Assembly: GCA_046342315.1 (NCBI GenBank)
Contig: JBKDPV010000025.1
Span: 1,227 to 65,226 of the forward strand
Reading direction: 5' to 3'
Length of the DNA stretch: 64,000 nt
Source of the DNA: Cyanobacteriota bacterium
GTDB lineage: Bacteria; Cyanobacteriota; Cyanobacteriia; PCC-6307; Cyanobiaceae
Under the pieces are notes generated by a model. That model was given only the letters and a program-made list of their open reading frames with translations, was not told the origin of the DNA and did not search any database. How positions within the stretch are numbered: the stretch's first letter is position 1; each line of letters begins with the position of its first letter. Shown in pieces: positions 47,698-59,879 of the stretch. The position numbers and the translations under genes are program-made.

Positions 47698-48579
47698 ATG
47701 GCCACCCTCCTCGACGGTCGCCTGCTGGCCGCCACGATCGAGAAGCGTCTGCAGGCGGTGATCGCGGAACACCGCCCACGGGTGGGGCGCCCCCCCGGGC
47801 TGGCGGTGCTGCGGGTGGGCGACGATCCCGCCAGCGGGGTGTACGTGGCCAACAAGGAGAAGGCCTGCAGCCGGATCGGCGTGATCAACCTGGGCTCTCA
47901 CCTGGCCGCCGACACCCCGGCCGCGGAGGTGCTGGCCACGATCGAGCGCCTGAACGCCGACCCATCGGTGGACGGCATCCTGCTGCAGCTGCCCCTGCCG
48001 GCGGGCCTCGAGGAGGGTCCGCTGCTGGCGGCGATCGATCCGGAGAAGGATGCGGATGGCCTTCACACCCTCAATCTCGGGCGCCTGCTCAAGGGGGAGC
48101 CCGGACCCCGCAGCTGCACCCCGGCGGGCGTGATGGCGCTGCTGGCGGCGGCTGGTGTGCCGCTGGCCGGCCGGCGGGCCGTGGTGGTGGGCCGCAGCAT
48201 CCTGGTGGGCCAGCCGATGGCCCTGATGCTGCAGGCCGCCCATGCCACCGTGAGCGTGGCCCACTCGCGCACCATCGACCTGCCGGCCCTCACCCGGCAG
48301 GCGGATGTGCTGGTGGTGGCCGCCGGCCGGCCCCTCATGGTCGGTGCCGAGCACGTGAGCCCCGGAGCGGTGGTGGTGGATGTGGGCATCCACCGGCGGC
48401 CGGAGGGGGGGCTCTGCGGCGATGTGCGCTTCGAGGAGGTGGAGCCGCTCGCTAGCGCGATCTCACCGGTGCCCGGCGGGGTGGGTCCGATGACCGTGAC
48501 CCTGCTGCTGGTGAACACCGTGGTGGCCTGGTGTCGGCGTCATGGGATCGCCCACGGTCTCGACGACCTGCTGCCCTGA
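47698..48579 (+). CDS. folD: Bifunctional methylene-THF dehydrogenase/cyclohydrolase
   Basis: [36 protein letters not shown] and [11 protein letters not shown]. Confidence 0.96.
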   Translation: MATLLDGRLLAATIEKRLQAVIAEHRPRVGRPPGLAVLRVGDDPASGVYVANKEKACSRIGVINLGSHLAADTPAAEVLATIERLNADPSVDGILLQLPLPAGLEEGPLLAAIDPEKDADGLHTLNLGRLLKGEPGPRSCTPAGVMALLAAAGVPLAGRRAVVVGRSILVGQPMALMLQAAHATVSVAHSRTIDLPALTRQADVLVVAAGRPLMVGAEHVSPGAVVVDVGIHRRPEGGLCGDVRFEEVEPLASAISPVPGGVGPMTVTLLLVNTVVAWCRRHGIAHGLDDLLP

Positions 48580-48620
48580 GCGGCGCTGCTCTCAAGGCCT
48601 GATCCCAAGACAAGACCTGA

Positions 48621-50176
<1,556 letters not shown>

Positions 50177-51721
50177 GGTCCGGCCATCCCCGCGAACCCC
50201 CTCACTGCTGATCAGGAGACGGCCGATGCCGCCTTCGCCGGCTGGCTGTCGGCTCCGGCCGACGGCACCCCCTTCGTGCTCAGCGGGTACGCCGGCACCG
50301 GCAAGACCTTCCTGTCGATGCGCTTCCTGGCCCTCGCGGAGGCGAAAGGGCTGTGCTGGACCGTGGCCGCCCCCACCCACAAGGCGGTGGGCGTGCTGCG
50401 GGGCTACCTGGAGGCAGCCGGTCTGCGCCCCACCTGGTACCCCTCCACGATCCATCGGCTGTTGCGGCTCAAGCTGCGCCGGGAGCGCGATCAGGAGCGT
50501 TGCGAGGAGACCGCCCAGACCGCCGCGGCCCTTGAGCATCTCGCCCTGGTGCTGATCGACGAGGCCTCCATGGTGGACAGCGCCCTGCTGGAGATCGCCC
50601 TGCGCTGCGCCCATCCCTTCCGCACCCGCCTGGTGTTCGTGGGCGATCCGGCCCAGCTGCCGCCGGTGGGGGAGCCCGAAAGTCCGGTGTTCACCCTGGG
50701 CCGGGCCTGCAGCTCCAAGCTCCACCAGGTGGTCCGCCATCAGGGGCCGGTGCTGCGGCTGGCTGCTGGGCTCAGGGGAGGACAGCTGCCCTGCCGCCTG
50801 CCGCCGGTTCTGCCGCCGGTGGCCACCGCCCTGGGAAGGGTGGCGCTGCTGGAGCGGAGCGCCTGGCTGGCGGAGGCCCAGGCGGCCCTGCGGGAGGCTG
50901 CCGTCAGCGAGGATCCCGACCGGGCCCGGCTTCTCTGCTACACCAACCGCTCGCTCGAGCGGCTGGTGCCGATCGCCCGGAGGGCTCTGCACGGTGCGAT
51001 GGCCGACCAGCTTCCCGTGCTCCCGGGTGAGGTGCTGATCACCCGGGCGGCGGTGATGGCGCCCGCCTGCCGCCGCGGGGAGGAGCAGGGCGAGGAACCC
51101 GATCTGCTGCTGGGCTCCAACCGGGAGCTGGTGGTGCGGGATGTGACCCCGGAGCGCTGCGATCTGGCCGACTTCGGGGTAGGTGGTGGGAGTGAACCTT
51201 CTCCACCGGTGATCGAGACGCTCACGGCCGTGGTGGAGGCGGGCGAGGCCCGTTTCGAGCTGAGGCTGCTGCCGCCGATCGGCTCGAGGCCGCGGCAGGA
51301 GCTGGAGGCCGTGCTGCAGCGCCTGCGGGAGCAGGCGCGCGCGGCAGGGCGCCAGGAGGGTAAGGCGTTGTGGCGACGGTTCTTCCTGGTGCGCGACGCC
51401 TTCGCCTCCCTGGGGCCGGCTGCGGTGCTGACCGTGCATCGCAGCCAGGGGAGCACCTTCGGTGAGGTGTTCGTGGAGGCGGATGTGTTCCGACCCTCCG
51501 ACGAGCGACTGCGCCGCCAGCTGGTGTACGTGGCCGTGAGTCGGGCCCGGCGGGGGGTGGTGCTGGCGGCCGGGTCCGGCACGGCACCGGAGCGGCGGCG
51601 GTGGGGCGAATGGCTGGTCGGTGGCGATGGGGAGAACGGCGACGACGGACGGCAGCCTCCTAGAGATGGCGATGCTGTGCCGCGCAAAACTTTCACAGAC
51701 GCACACACCAATCCTTGGTAA
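50177..51721 (+). CDS. RecD-like superfamily 1 helicase (start codon unclear)
   Basis: LTADQ, GYAGTGKT, APTHKA, IDEASMVD, VGDPAQLPPV, TVHRSQGSTF and YVAVSRA; first canonical start (GTG 50276) is only 5 codons before the P-loop. Confidence 0.85.
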   Translation, partial: GPAIPANPLTADQETADAAFAGWLSAPADGTPFVLSGYAGTGKTFLSMRFLALAEAKGLCWTVAAPTHKAVGVLRGYLEAAGLRPTWYPSTIHRLLRLKLRRERDQERCEETAQTAAALEHLALVLIDEASMVDSALLEIALRCAHPFRTRLVFVGDPAQLPPVGEPESPVFTLGRACSSKLHQVVRHQGPVLRLAAGLRGGQLPCRLPPVLPPVATALGRVALLERSAWLAEAQAALREAAVSEDPDRARLLCYTNRSLERLVPIARRALHGAMADQLPVLPGEVLITRAAVMAPACRRGEEQGEEPDLLLGSNRELVVRDVTPERCDLADFGVGGGSEPSPPVIETLTAVVEAGEARFELRLLPPIGSRPRQELEAVLQRLREQARAAGRQEGKALWRRFFLVRDAFASLGPAAVLTVHRSQGSTFGEVFVEADVFRPSDERLRRQLVYVAVSRARRGVVLAAGSGTAPERRRWGEWLVGGDGENGDDGRQPPRDGDAVPRKTFTDAHTNPW

Positions 51722-51827
51722 AGAGCTTTTCCGCTTTCCCTGCTGTGCGGCGTGGATTTGCCTGTCAATCTTTAGAGTGAAAACTGCTTGGGTTGTTGTG
51801 GTGCCTTTCCTCCTCGCCCCCAAAGCA

Positions 51828-52109
51828 GTGTTCGCCTCCGTGCCAGCCCAGAGCACCGAAGCGGTGAACCCCTACCCCCCCGGCGCCCTGCGCCCTGTGC
51901 GTCCGGAAGGCACGTTCGCCTTCCTGCTTCTGATGGCAGGCGTGGGTCTGGTGGTGCTGATGGGTTGGTACACCTGGCGCCGACGGGCCAACTCCCGGCC
52001 CGGCCTGCCGGACGAGCCGCTGTTCCCCCCGGCCTCGCCCCATCGGCAGATCCACGACCGCAAGTATCTGAGCCGGATCCTCTCGGACGACGTCCCCCCT
52101 CCCCCCTGA
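51828..52109 (+). CDS. Small single-TM hypothetical protein (start uncertain)
   Basis: TM FAFLLLMAGVGLVVLMGWYTW followed by RRR; GC-typical codons from about 51830; preceded by an AT-richer patch. Confidence 0.5.
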   Translation: MFASVPAQSTEAVNPYPPGALRPVRPEGTFAFLLLMAGVGLVVLMGWYTWRRRANSRPGLPDEPLFPPASPHRQIHDRKYLSRILSDDVPPPP

Positions 52110-52116
52110 TCCCTGC

Positions 52117-52797
52117 TCAGGCCCGCAGCCCCTCGATGCCCTGCCAGCCGAGGTACACCGCCAGGGCCAGGCTCACGAGGCCAACCAGCAGTTCGCCGCG
52201 GGCCACCAGCCAGCTGCGGGCCCGCTGCAACCGAGGCACCATCCGCTCGCTGCCGAGCAGGAGCAGAGCCAGCAGGGGCAGCAGCAGCAGGGTGGCCGTT
52301 CCCAGCCCGAACAGGGCTGCCACCAGCCATTCCTGCGCCCTGTCCAGCCCGGCCGCCAGCATCGAGCCAGCCGCTTTGGCGTAGAGGAAGAGATCGTCGG
52401 GCGTGATCACCTGCAGCAGGATGCTCAGGCCGATCAGCGGCAGCAGGCCCAGGGCGGAAACTTTGTCGAGGCGCCGCTCCCAGACCGGGTCCTCATCGGC
52501 CTGCCCGGTCAGCAGGGCATTGAGCCCCAGTGCCAGCAGCCCGCCGGCCGCCAACAGGTCGAGGCCGGTGCGATGGCTGGCTCCCTTGCTCATGTCGAGC
52601 ACCAGGCCATGACCCACTCCCAGCAGCAGGGCCAGCTCCAGCCAGGCGGTGAGCAGCCAGGCCGCGACGAACCAGCCGCCCCGGCGCAGGGGCCGTGGCC
52701 CGAGCAGCAAGAGGAGCAGGAGCCCGATGTGAACGGGGCTGCAGGCGATGGCCAGGGCAAAGCCCACCATCTCTCCCCAGAAGCCGGCTCCAGCCAT
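52117..52797 (-). CDS. GAP/Sap-family membrane protein (second copy)
   Basis: ALAIACSPVHIGLLLLLLL, DLLAAGGLLALG and TPDDLFLYAK, colinear with 31307-32002. Confidence 0.65.
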   Translation of the reverse strand: MAGAGFWGEMVGFALAIACSPVHIGLLLLLLLGPRPLRRGGWFVAAWLLTAWLELALLLGVGHGLVLDMSKGASHRTGLDLLAAGGLLALGLNALLTGQADEDPVWERRLDKVSALGLLPLIGLSILLQVITPDDLFLYAKAAGSMLAAGLDRAQEWLVAALFGLGTATLLLLPLLALLLLGSERMVPRLQRARSWLVARGELLVGLVSLALAVYLGWQGIEGLRA

Positions 52798-52805
52798 CAG
52801 CCTGC

Positions 52806-53180
52806 TCAGCGACGCACTTCAAACCAGTCTTCCCCAGTGGGTGGAATCGTGGCACTGGCGACGCTGCGCACCTGCGCGGCCTCGGGCCCCTTCTCGCACC
52901 AGAGCTGCAGCTCGGTCAGCCGCTGGGGTGCCCCTTCCGCCTCCACCTCCACCGAACCATCCGGTCGGTTGCGCACCCAGCCGCTCAGCCCCAGTGCGAT
53001 CGCTTGGCGGTGGCAGCTGGCCCGGTAGCCCACTCCCTGCACCACGCCGTGCACGATCAGGCGCCAGCGTTCGCGGGTCGGGGTGGGACGGGGGTCGGAG
53101 GGCTGGAGGAAGCGGCGCTCGTCGGCAGCGGCACGGCGCGCCCGGCTGACGCGGCCAGACGCCGTGGGATCGCCGAGCAT
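52806..53180 (-). CDS. acyP: Acylphosphatase
   Basis: VHGVVQGVGYR, GWVRNRPDGSVEV and GPEAA; ATG 53180 preferred over 53231. Confidence 0.88.
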   Translation of the reverse strand: MLGDPTASGRVSRARRAAADERRFLQPSDPRPTPTRERWRLIVHGVVQGVGYRASCHRQAIALGLSGWVRNRPDGSVEVEAEGAPQRLTELQLWCEKGPEAAQVRSVASATIPPTGEDWFEVRR

Positions 53181-54562
53181 CCAGCCCAGTGGAGATGAAT
53201 CCAGCTGGCGTGCACGTTGCTCGCTGTCCATCCTTCGCTCCTCATGGGGCTTCCCCAGCCTTCAACCTGCCACAGCTCTTCCTGTTCGGCCAGGAAAGAA
53301 CCGCCGTCGGCGGCCGTTCCTCCCGAAGCGACCTCCAGCTCCCAGCGGTGGAACTCATGGCCGCTGAGCTGCTCGCCGCGGCGCACCAGCAGACCATCGC
53401 CGCTGGCCCGCATCTGCCGGTAGCCGAGGTTGAGGGAGCTCCCGCGCCGGGCGCAGAAGGGCAGGAGGCCGGCCATGGAGTGGCTGTGACCCGCCGGATC
53501 CTCCAGCCGGCGACCCAGCAGCAGCAGTCCGCCGCACTCGGCCACCACCGGCAGTCCGCCGCGCACGGCGGCGCGCAGATCGGCGAGGCTGCGGTGTGCG
53601 GCGGCAAGGGTGCCCGCGTGCAGTTCGGGGTAACCCCCGGGCAGCAGCACCGCCCGGCTGCCGGCCGGCAGCGGCTCATCCGCCAGGGGGCTCCAGGTCA
53701 GGGGCTCCAGCCCGCAGGCCCGCAGCAGTTCGGCCGCTTCCGGGTAGCGGAAGTGAAACGCGGCATCAGCGGCCACGGCAACCGGCAGTGCGGCTCCCGG
53801 CGGCGGGGGAGTCCAGGTGCACCCAGCGCCGTCTCGGGCTGCGAGAACGCAGGCTATGGGATCCTTCTCTCCCGGTCGGGCTTGCGGCGGCGCCAGCAGG
53901 GGCCAGAGGCGCTCGAGATCGAGATGTTCCTCCGCCAGGGATGCCCAGATCCGCTGGCGGCTCTCCAGATCCTCCACTTCCCGGGGGGGGAGCAGGCCGA
54001 GATGGCGGGAGGGCAGATCCAGGGCCGGATGGCTGGGCAGCACGCCGAGCAGCGGCACCGCGATCGCCTCCAGGGCCTCGCGCAGCAGGGTGCGATGCCG
54101 TTCGCTGCCTACGCGGTTGAGCACCACCCCCGCCAGCCGCACCTGCGGGGGGCCGTGGTCGCGGAAGCCCCGCACCAGGGCCGCGAGCGAGCCGGCCTGG
54201 CGGGAGGCCTCCACCACCAGCACCACCGGCAGATCCAGCAGGGCGGCCACGGCGGCGGAGCTGCCCTCGCTGCCGGCGCCCCGGCCGTCGAACAGGCCCA
54301 TCACTCCTTCCACCACCACGCGATCGGCACGGCTGCCGTGCCAGTGGAAGCAGCGCCGCACCCAGTCGTCGCCGCAGAGCAGGGGATCGAGATTGCGGCA
54401 AGGGCGCCCCGCCACCGCGCTCAGCAGCTGGGGATCGAGGTAATCAGGGCCCACCTTGAACGGCTGGATGCCGCTGCCCCGCCGGCGGGCCAGGGCCGTG
54501 AGCATCAGGGTGAGCAGGGTCTTGCCACTGCCGCTGCAGGGCGCCGCGATCAGGCAGCTCAA
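53057..54562 (-). CDS. cobB: Cobyrinate a,c-diamide synthase
   Basis: SGSGKT, FKVGPDYLDP, EGVMGLFDG, PSRHLGL, GGYPEL, AECGG and GHEFHR. Confidence 0.93.
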   Translation of the reverse strand: MSCLIAAPCSGSGKTLLTLMLTALARRRGSGIQPFKVGPDYLDPQLLSAVAGRPCRNLDPLLCGDDWVRRCFHWHGSRADRVVVEGVMGLFDGRGAGSEGSSAAVAALLDLPVVLVVEASRQAGSLAALVRGFRDHGPPQVRLAGVVLNRVGSERHRTLLREALEAIAVPLLGVLPSHPALDLPSRHLGLLPPREVEDLESRQRIWASLAEEHLDLERLWPLLAPPQARPGEKDPIACVLAARDGAGCTWTPPPPGAALPVAVAADAAFHFRYPEAAELLRACGLEPLTWSPLADEPLPAGSRAVLLPGGYPELHAGTLAAAHRSLADLRAAVRGGLPVVAECGGLLLLGRRLEDPAGHSHSMAGLLPFCARRGSSLNLGYRQMRASGDGLLVRRGEQLSGHEFHRWELEVASGGTAADGGSFLAEQEELWQVEGWGSPMRSEGWTASNVHASWIHLHWAGCSAIPRRLAASAGRAVPLPTSAASSSPPTPVPPRPANAGA

Positions 54563-54611
54563 GGGGCGGCGACGGGCGGGGGGATCGGGCCCAGCCTGCC
54601 AGCCTGCGCCC

Positions 54612-55910
54612 TCATGCCGGCAGCAGTTCGGCCGCCAGGGGGGCGGCGGCGGCCAGCAGCGGATTGGTGGTGTCGTGGCCGCCGCCGAGCAGCCGGGCCA
54701 GCTCCCGCTCCTCGCTCTCCTCCGGCAGGGGCACCACCTCCTCGGCCAGTTCCATCGAGGCCATGCCGCCCGATTCCAGCCGCATGCAGCCGCAGGATTC
54801 CGAGCAGAGGATCACGCACAGGGGCGGTCGGCCCGCGGGTTCGCAGATCAGGCGCAGGCCCACGATCGCCCCGGGGTGGGCCTTGGGCACTCCCACCGGC
54901 ACGGGCATCAGCCGGAAGCGCACATTGGCGCCGTCGGTGCGCTGGAACTCGGCGGCGATGCCGTGGCCCACATCGGCCTCCACGCTCTCGCTGGCCACCA
55001 GGTGCCAGCCCAGCCGGTCGGCGATCCAGGCCGCCAGCAGCAGTCCCTTCACCGGGTGCTCCCCCTCCACGTCGATGTCGAGCTGCACCACCCGGCTCAG
55101 GGCATCGCGGCGGGAGGGTGGATCGAAGACCATCGCCAGCGATTCGCGCCAGCTGCGCAACCGCAGCCAGTTGAGGTCGTTGAGGGCCTGGCCGCGGTCG
55201 ATGCGATCCACCAGCACCTCCAGGCAGCGGCGCGGATCGCCGAGGGAGGTGTCGATCACCAGCCGACGGGGCGGCGGGGCCAGGGCCTCCAGCATCTCGG
55301 GCGGCTCATCGAGGCTGCTGTTCCACCACACCCAGCAGGGGAGATCGTCGCCGACGAGGCCCTGCAGCAACCCCAGGCCCTCCCTGATCGCCCCCATGCC
55401 GCCCCGCAGCACCACCACGTCACCGCAGGCGGCCCCACCGGTGCCGCCGTCCTCGGGCAGGGGGCAGTAGGCCGCTACCAGGGTTTCCAGGGGGCGGCCA
55501 TCCTCCAGTGTGGGCGCCAGGGTGATCAGCCGGCGCGGGGTGAGGCTGCTGATGGCGCTTTCGATCGTGCGGCCGCGCAGATCGCTGGCCGTGTGGCTGC
55601 CGGGCTGCTGACCCACCGCCCAGGCAAGCCGCGGATCCATCGGCGCGGTGCTGTGGGGAAGGCCCACGAGCGACACGACCTCGCGCGCGGCGTCGAGCAC
55701 ATCCGCGCGGTCGAGCCCGGTGATCGGGCCGTCGACCCGGCCGATGCGCACCAGCTGCTGCTCCAGCCAGGCCGGATCCCACACCAGCCGGGTGAAGGTG
55801 GCGGCGCCGGTCGAACCCTCGAGACCGTCGTGCCAGAGACGCTCCAGGTAGGGGGTGACCTCCGCGGGTGGCACCTCGAGGGGCGCCTGGAGGGTGAGCT
55901 GGGTGGACAT
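54612..55910 (-). CDS. opcA: Glucose-6-phosphate dehydrogenase assembly protein
   Basis: MSTQLTLQAPLE, WVWWNSSLD, DLNWLRLRSWR; directly downstream of zwf. Confidence 0.92.
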   Translation of the reverse strand: MSTQLTLQAPLEVPPAEVTPYLERLWHDGLEGSTGAATFTRLVWDPAWLEQQLVRIGRVDGPITGLDRADVLDAAREVVSLVGLPHSTAPMDPRLAWAVGQQPGSHTASDLRGRTIESAISSLTPRRLITLAPTLEDGRPLETLVAAYCPLPEDGGTGGAACGDVVVLRGGMGAIREGLGLLQGLVGDDLPCWVWWNSSLDEPPEMLEALAPPPRRLVIDTSLGDPRRCLEVLVDRIDRGQALNDLNWLRLRSWRESLAMVFDPPSRRDALSRVVQLDIDVEGEHPVKGLLLAAWIADRLGWHLVASESVEADVGHGIAAEFQRTDGANVRFRLMPVPVGVPKAHPGAIVGLRLICEPAGRPPLCVILCSESCGCMRLESGGMASMELAEEVVPLPEESEERELARLLGGGHDTTNPLLAAAAPLAAELLPA

Positions 55911-55986
55911 GGCGCGCGGGGGGTGGGGAGCGGGAGGGGCGGAACGGGAGAGGCGCAAGGGTTGGGGCAGCATGGGAGAGCTGGGC

Positions 55987-57510
55987 CTACGGGCGACGCC
56001 AGATCAGGCCGTCTTCGGCCAGCAGGTTGTCGGAGGCGGCCGGGCCCCAGGTGCGGGCCTCGTAGGGATGGACCGGCAGCTGCCAGGGCGCCTCCTCGAT
56101 CAGTTCCAGCAGGGGGGTGTAGAGCCGCCACGCCGCCTCCACCTCGTCGCTGCGGGTGAACAGCGTGGGTTCCCCCAGCATGGCGTCGGCCAGCAGGCGC
56201 ACGTAGCCCTCGTCGGAGGGTTCTCCGAACGATTCGTCGTAGGAAAAGGCCATGTCCACCGGGCGGCTGCGCATCCCCGAACCGGGGGCCTTCACCTCGA
56301 ACTTGATGTCGGCGCCTTCGTCGGGCTGGATGCGCAGGATCAGCTGGTTGGGGGTGGGGGCGCCGCCGGCGGCGTCGAACAGATGCACCGGCGCCTCGCG
56401 GAAGGTGAGCACCACTTCACTGAGGCGCTTGGGCAGGCGCTTGCCGGTGCGCAGGTAGAAGGGCACCCCCTGCCAGCGCCAGTTGTCGATGAACACCTTC
56501 ATCGCCACATAGGTTTCGGTGGTGCTGTTGGGATTCACCCCCGGCTCCTGCCGGTAGCCGCTCAGCGGCTGGCTGCGGCTGCCGCCGGCGGCGTACTGGC
56601 CGCGCACGCAGCACTTCCAGGGTTCGTCCTCCCGGGCCAGGTGGGCCGACTGCAGCACCTTGGCCTTCTCGTTGCGGATCGCCTCCGGATCGAAGCGGCC
56701 GGGAGGTTCCATCGCGGTGAGGGCCAGGATCTGGGTGAGGTGGTTCTGCACCATGTCGCGCAGGGCCCCGGAGCTCTCGTAGTAGCCCGCCCGCTCCTCC
56801 ACCCCCACCGTTTCGGCGGCGGTGATCTGCACGTTGGCGATGTAGTTCCGGTTCCAGATCGGCTCGAAGATGGTGTTGGCGAAGCGCAGCACCAGGATGT
56901 TCTGGACCGTCTCCTTGCCCAGGTAGTGGTCGATGCGGAAGACCTGGCTCTCCTTGGCGCAGGCCTGCACCACCTTGTTGAGGGCCTGGGCGCTGGCGTA
57001 GTCGCGGCCAAAGGGTTTCTCGATCACCACCCGGCTCCGCTCCGGATCCGCCAGCAGGCCGGCGCCGGCGAGGGCGCGGCAGCCGCTGCCGTAGAACTCC
57101 GGCGACACCGAAAGGTAGAAGGTGCGGTTGCCGCGGGTGGCCCGCAGCCGGTCCACCGCCTCCAGCCGGGTGCCCAGCCGCACCAGGTGCTCCGGCTGCT
57201 GCAGATCCACCGGCTCGTAGAAGAGGCCCTGGGCGAAGGCGTCCCAGGCGGTGGCGTGCTGCTGGGCCTCATCTCCCAGGGCCTCGGCCATGCGGGTGCG
57301 GAACTCCTCGTCGCTCCAGGGGCGGCGGGCGCAGCCGAGCACGGCGAACTCACTCGGCAGGCGGCGCTGGCGGAACAGCTCGAACAGGGCGGGGATCAGC
57401 TTGCGGTGGGTGAGGTCACCGCTGGCCCCGAAGATCACCAGACACTGAGGGGGGATCACCCGCTCCTGGCGCAGCCCGACCCTCAGGGGGTTGGTGAGGA
57501 TGGCGGTCAT
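55987..57510 (-). CDS. zwf: Glucose-6-phosphate 1-dehydrogenase
   Basis: GASGDLTHRKL, RIDHYLGKETVQN, RDMVQNH and WQGVPFYLRTGKRL. Confidence 0.97.
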   Translation of the reverse strand: MTAILTNPLRVGLRQERVIPPQCLVIFGASGDLTHRKLIPALFELFRQRRLPSEFAVLGCARRPWSDEEFRTRMAEALGDEAQQHATAWDAFAQGLFYEPVDLQQPEHLVRLGTRLEAVDRLRATRGNRTFYLSVSPEFYGSGCRALAGAGLLADPERSRVVIEKPFGRDYASAQALNKVVQACAKESQVFRIDHYLGKETVQNILVLRFANTIFEPIWNRNYIANVQITAAETVGVEERAGYYESSGALRDMVQNHLTQILALTAMEPPGRFDPEAIRNEKAKVLQSAHLAREDEPWKCCVRGQYAAGGSRSQPLSGYRQEPGVNPNSTTETYVAMKVFIDNWRWQGVPFYLRTGKRLPKRLSEVVLTFREAPVHLFDAAGGAPTPNQLILRIQPDEGADIKFEVKAPGSGMRSRPVDMAFSYDESFGEPSDEGYVRLLADAMLGEPTLFTRSDEVEAAWRLYTPLLELIEEAPWQLPVHPYEARTWGPAASDNLLAEDGLIWRRP

Positions 57511-57585
57511 GACAACGGGGTGGGTGCCTCCTGGTTTAACGGCTGGCGCCCCCTCTGGCTGCCCCCGGGTCCGGGGATGGCCATG

Positions 57586-57609
57586 AAAAAGGCCCGCCGG
57601 AGGCGGGCC
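57586..57609 (-). terminator. Intrinsic terminator after petH
   Basis: Minus strand GGCCCGCC-TCC-GGCGGGCC followed by TTTTT, 22 nt after the petH stop. Confidence 0.75.
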
Positions 57610-57631
57610 AGGGAGAGCGGAGGCCGGGGGC

Positions 57632-58825
<1,194 letters not shown>

Positions 58826-58907
58826 TTAAAGCGCGCTGATCATAGAGACCCCCGATCCATGGGCCGTTGCCGGCTTTTGCGTCGGATTCCGGCGATGGCG
58901 GCTAGGT

Positions 58908-59618
58908 TTGCCCAAGTGGTGCCTGCCGCCACCGGTTCCGTGTCGCCCCCGGCACGCGCTCCATCCCCCCACCTACGGCCCGTCCGAGCCCCGAAACGCC
59001 TTGGCGCAGCTTCTGGTCCCGTCCGCCGATCTTCTTCCCGACACCACATCCGACGGGAGCCCCGCCGATGTGATTCCCCTGGTCTTTCCCTCCGCGCCTC
59101 CCGAGGTGGAGACCAGCTGCTCCCTCGACACGATCCAGCAGGAGATGGAACGGCTTCCCCACGGGAAGCGCCGTCTTGCGGTGCAGCTGCGCCTTCCAGT
59201 CGATCCCCAGTGGCTGTGGGTGGTTCTCACCGACTACGAGCAGCTGGATCGCTTCATTCCCAATCTCGCCAGCTCGCGCCAGCTCTGGCGGCGGGGCCCG
59301 CAGGTGGCGGTGGAGCAGGTGGGAGTGCAGACCTTCTGCGGCATGCGCTTTTCGGCCCGGGTCCAGCTGGTGCTCACCGAGGAGCGGCAGCAGGGGCGGT
59401 TGGCCTTCGAGATGCTCGAGGGCGACTTCCGCTGCTTCCAGGGGGCCTGGCAGGTGGGCCGGGACGCCGCCGGCAGCTGGCTGCTCTACGAACTCACCGT
59501 GCAGGGCAAGCCGGGGATGCCGATCGGGTTGATCGAGCAGCGCCTGCAGCACGATCTGGCCTGCAACGTGCGTGGCGTGCAACAGGAGGCGCAGCGTCGC
59601 GCCAGCCGGATGGTCTGA
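58908..59618 (+). CDS. SRPBCC/cyclase-dehydrase family protein
   Basis: LWVVLTDYEQLDRFIPNL, MLEGDFRCFQGAW and LLYEL. Confidence 0.8.
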   Translation: MPKWCLPPPVPCRPRHALHPPTYGPSEPRNALAQLLVPSADLLPDTTSDGSPADVIPLVFPSAPPEVETSCSLDTIQQEMERLPHGKRRLAVQLRLPVDPQWLWVVLTDYEQLDRFIPNLASSRQLWRRGPQVAVEQVGVQTFCGMRFSARVQLVLTEERQQGRLAFEMLEGDFRCFQGAWQVGRDAAGSWLLYELTVQGKPGMPIGLIEQRLQHDLACNVRGVQQEAQRRASRMV

Positions 59619-59680
59619 CTCCTCGACATCCCGTATTCCCTCTCCTTGAATTTGCCAAACAGAGTTGATGGGTTGAAACC

Positions 59681-59709
59681 AAAAAAGGCTCACTTCTGAG
59701 AGCCTTTTT
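59681..59709. terminator. Bidirectional intrinsic terminator between the SRPBCC gene and tRNA-Glu
   Basis: AAAAAAGGCTC-ACTTCTGA-GAGCCTTTTT, with A/T tracts on both sides. Confidence 0.8.
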
Positions 59710-59723
59710 CTTGTGGTTGGTTA

Positions 59724-59796
59724 TACCCCCAAGGGGATTCGAACCCCTGTCGCCTCCGTGAAAGGGAGGTGTCCTAGGCCTCTAGACGATGGGGGC
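59724..59796 (-). tRNA. trnE: tRNA-Glu (anticodon TTC), CCA not encoded
   Basis: Reverse complement GCCCCCATCGTCTAGAGGCCTAGGACACCTCCCTTTCACGGAGGCGACAGGGGTTCGAATCCCCTTGGGGGTA; anticodon arm CCTCC-CT-TTC-AC-GGAGG; TTCGAAT T-loop. Confidence 0.97.
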
Positions 59797-59879
59797 GAGG
59801 CCGCAGCTGGCAGATGAGAGCCGTGGTGGCGATGTGCCGCCGCTGCTGAAAGGAAATTACGGGTCGGAGGGACCCTTCG

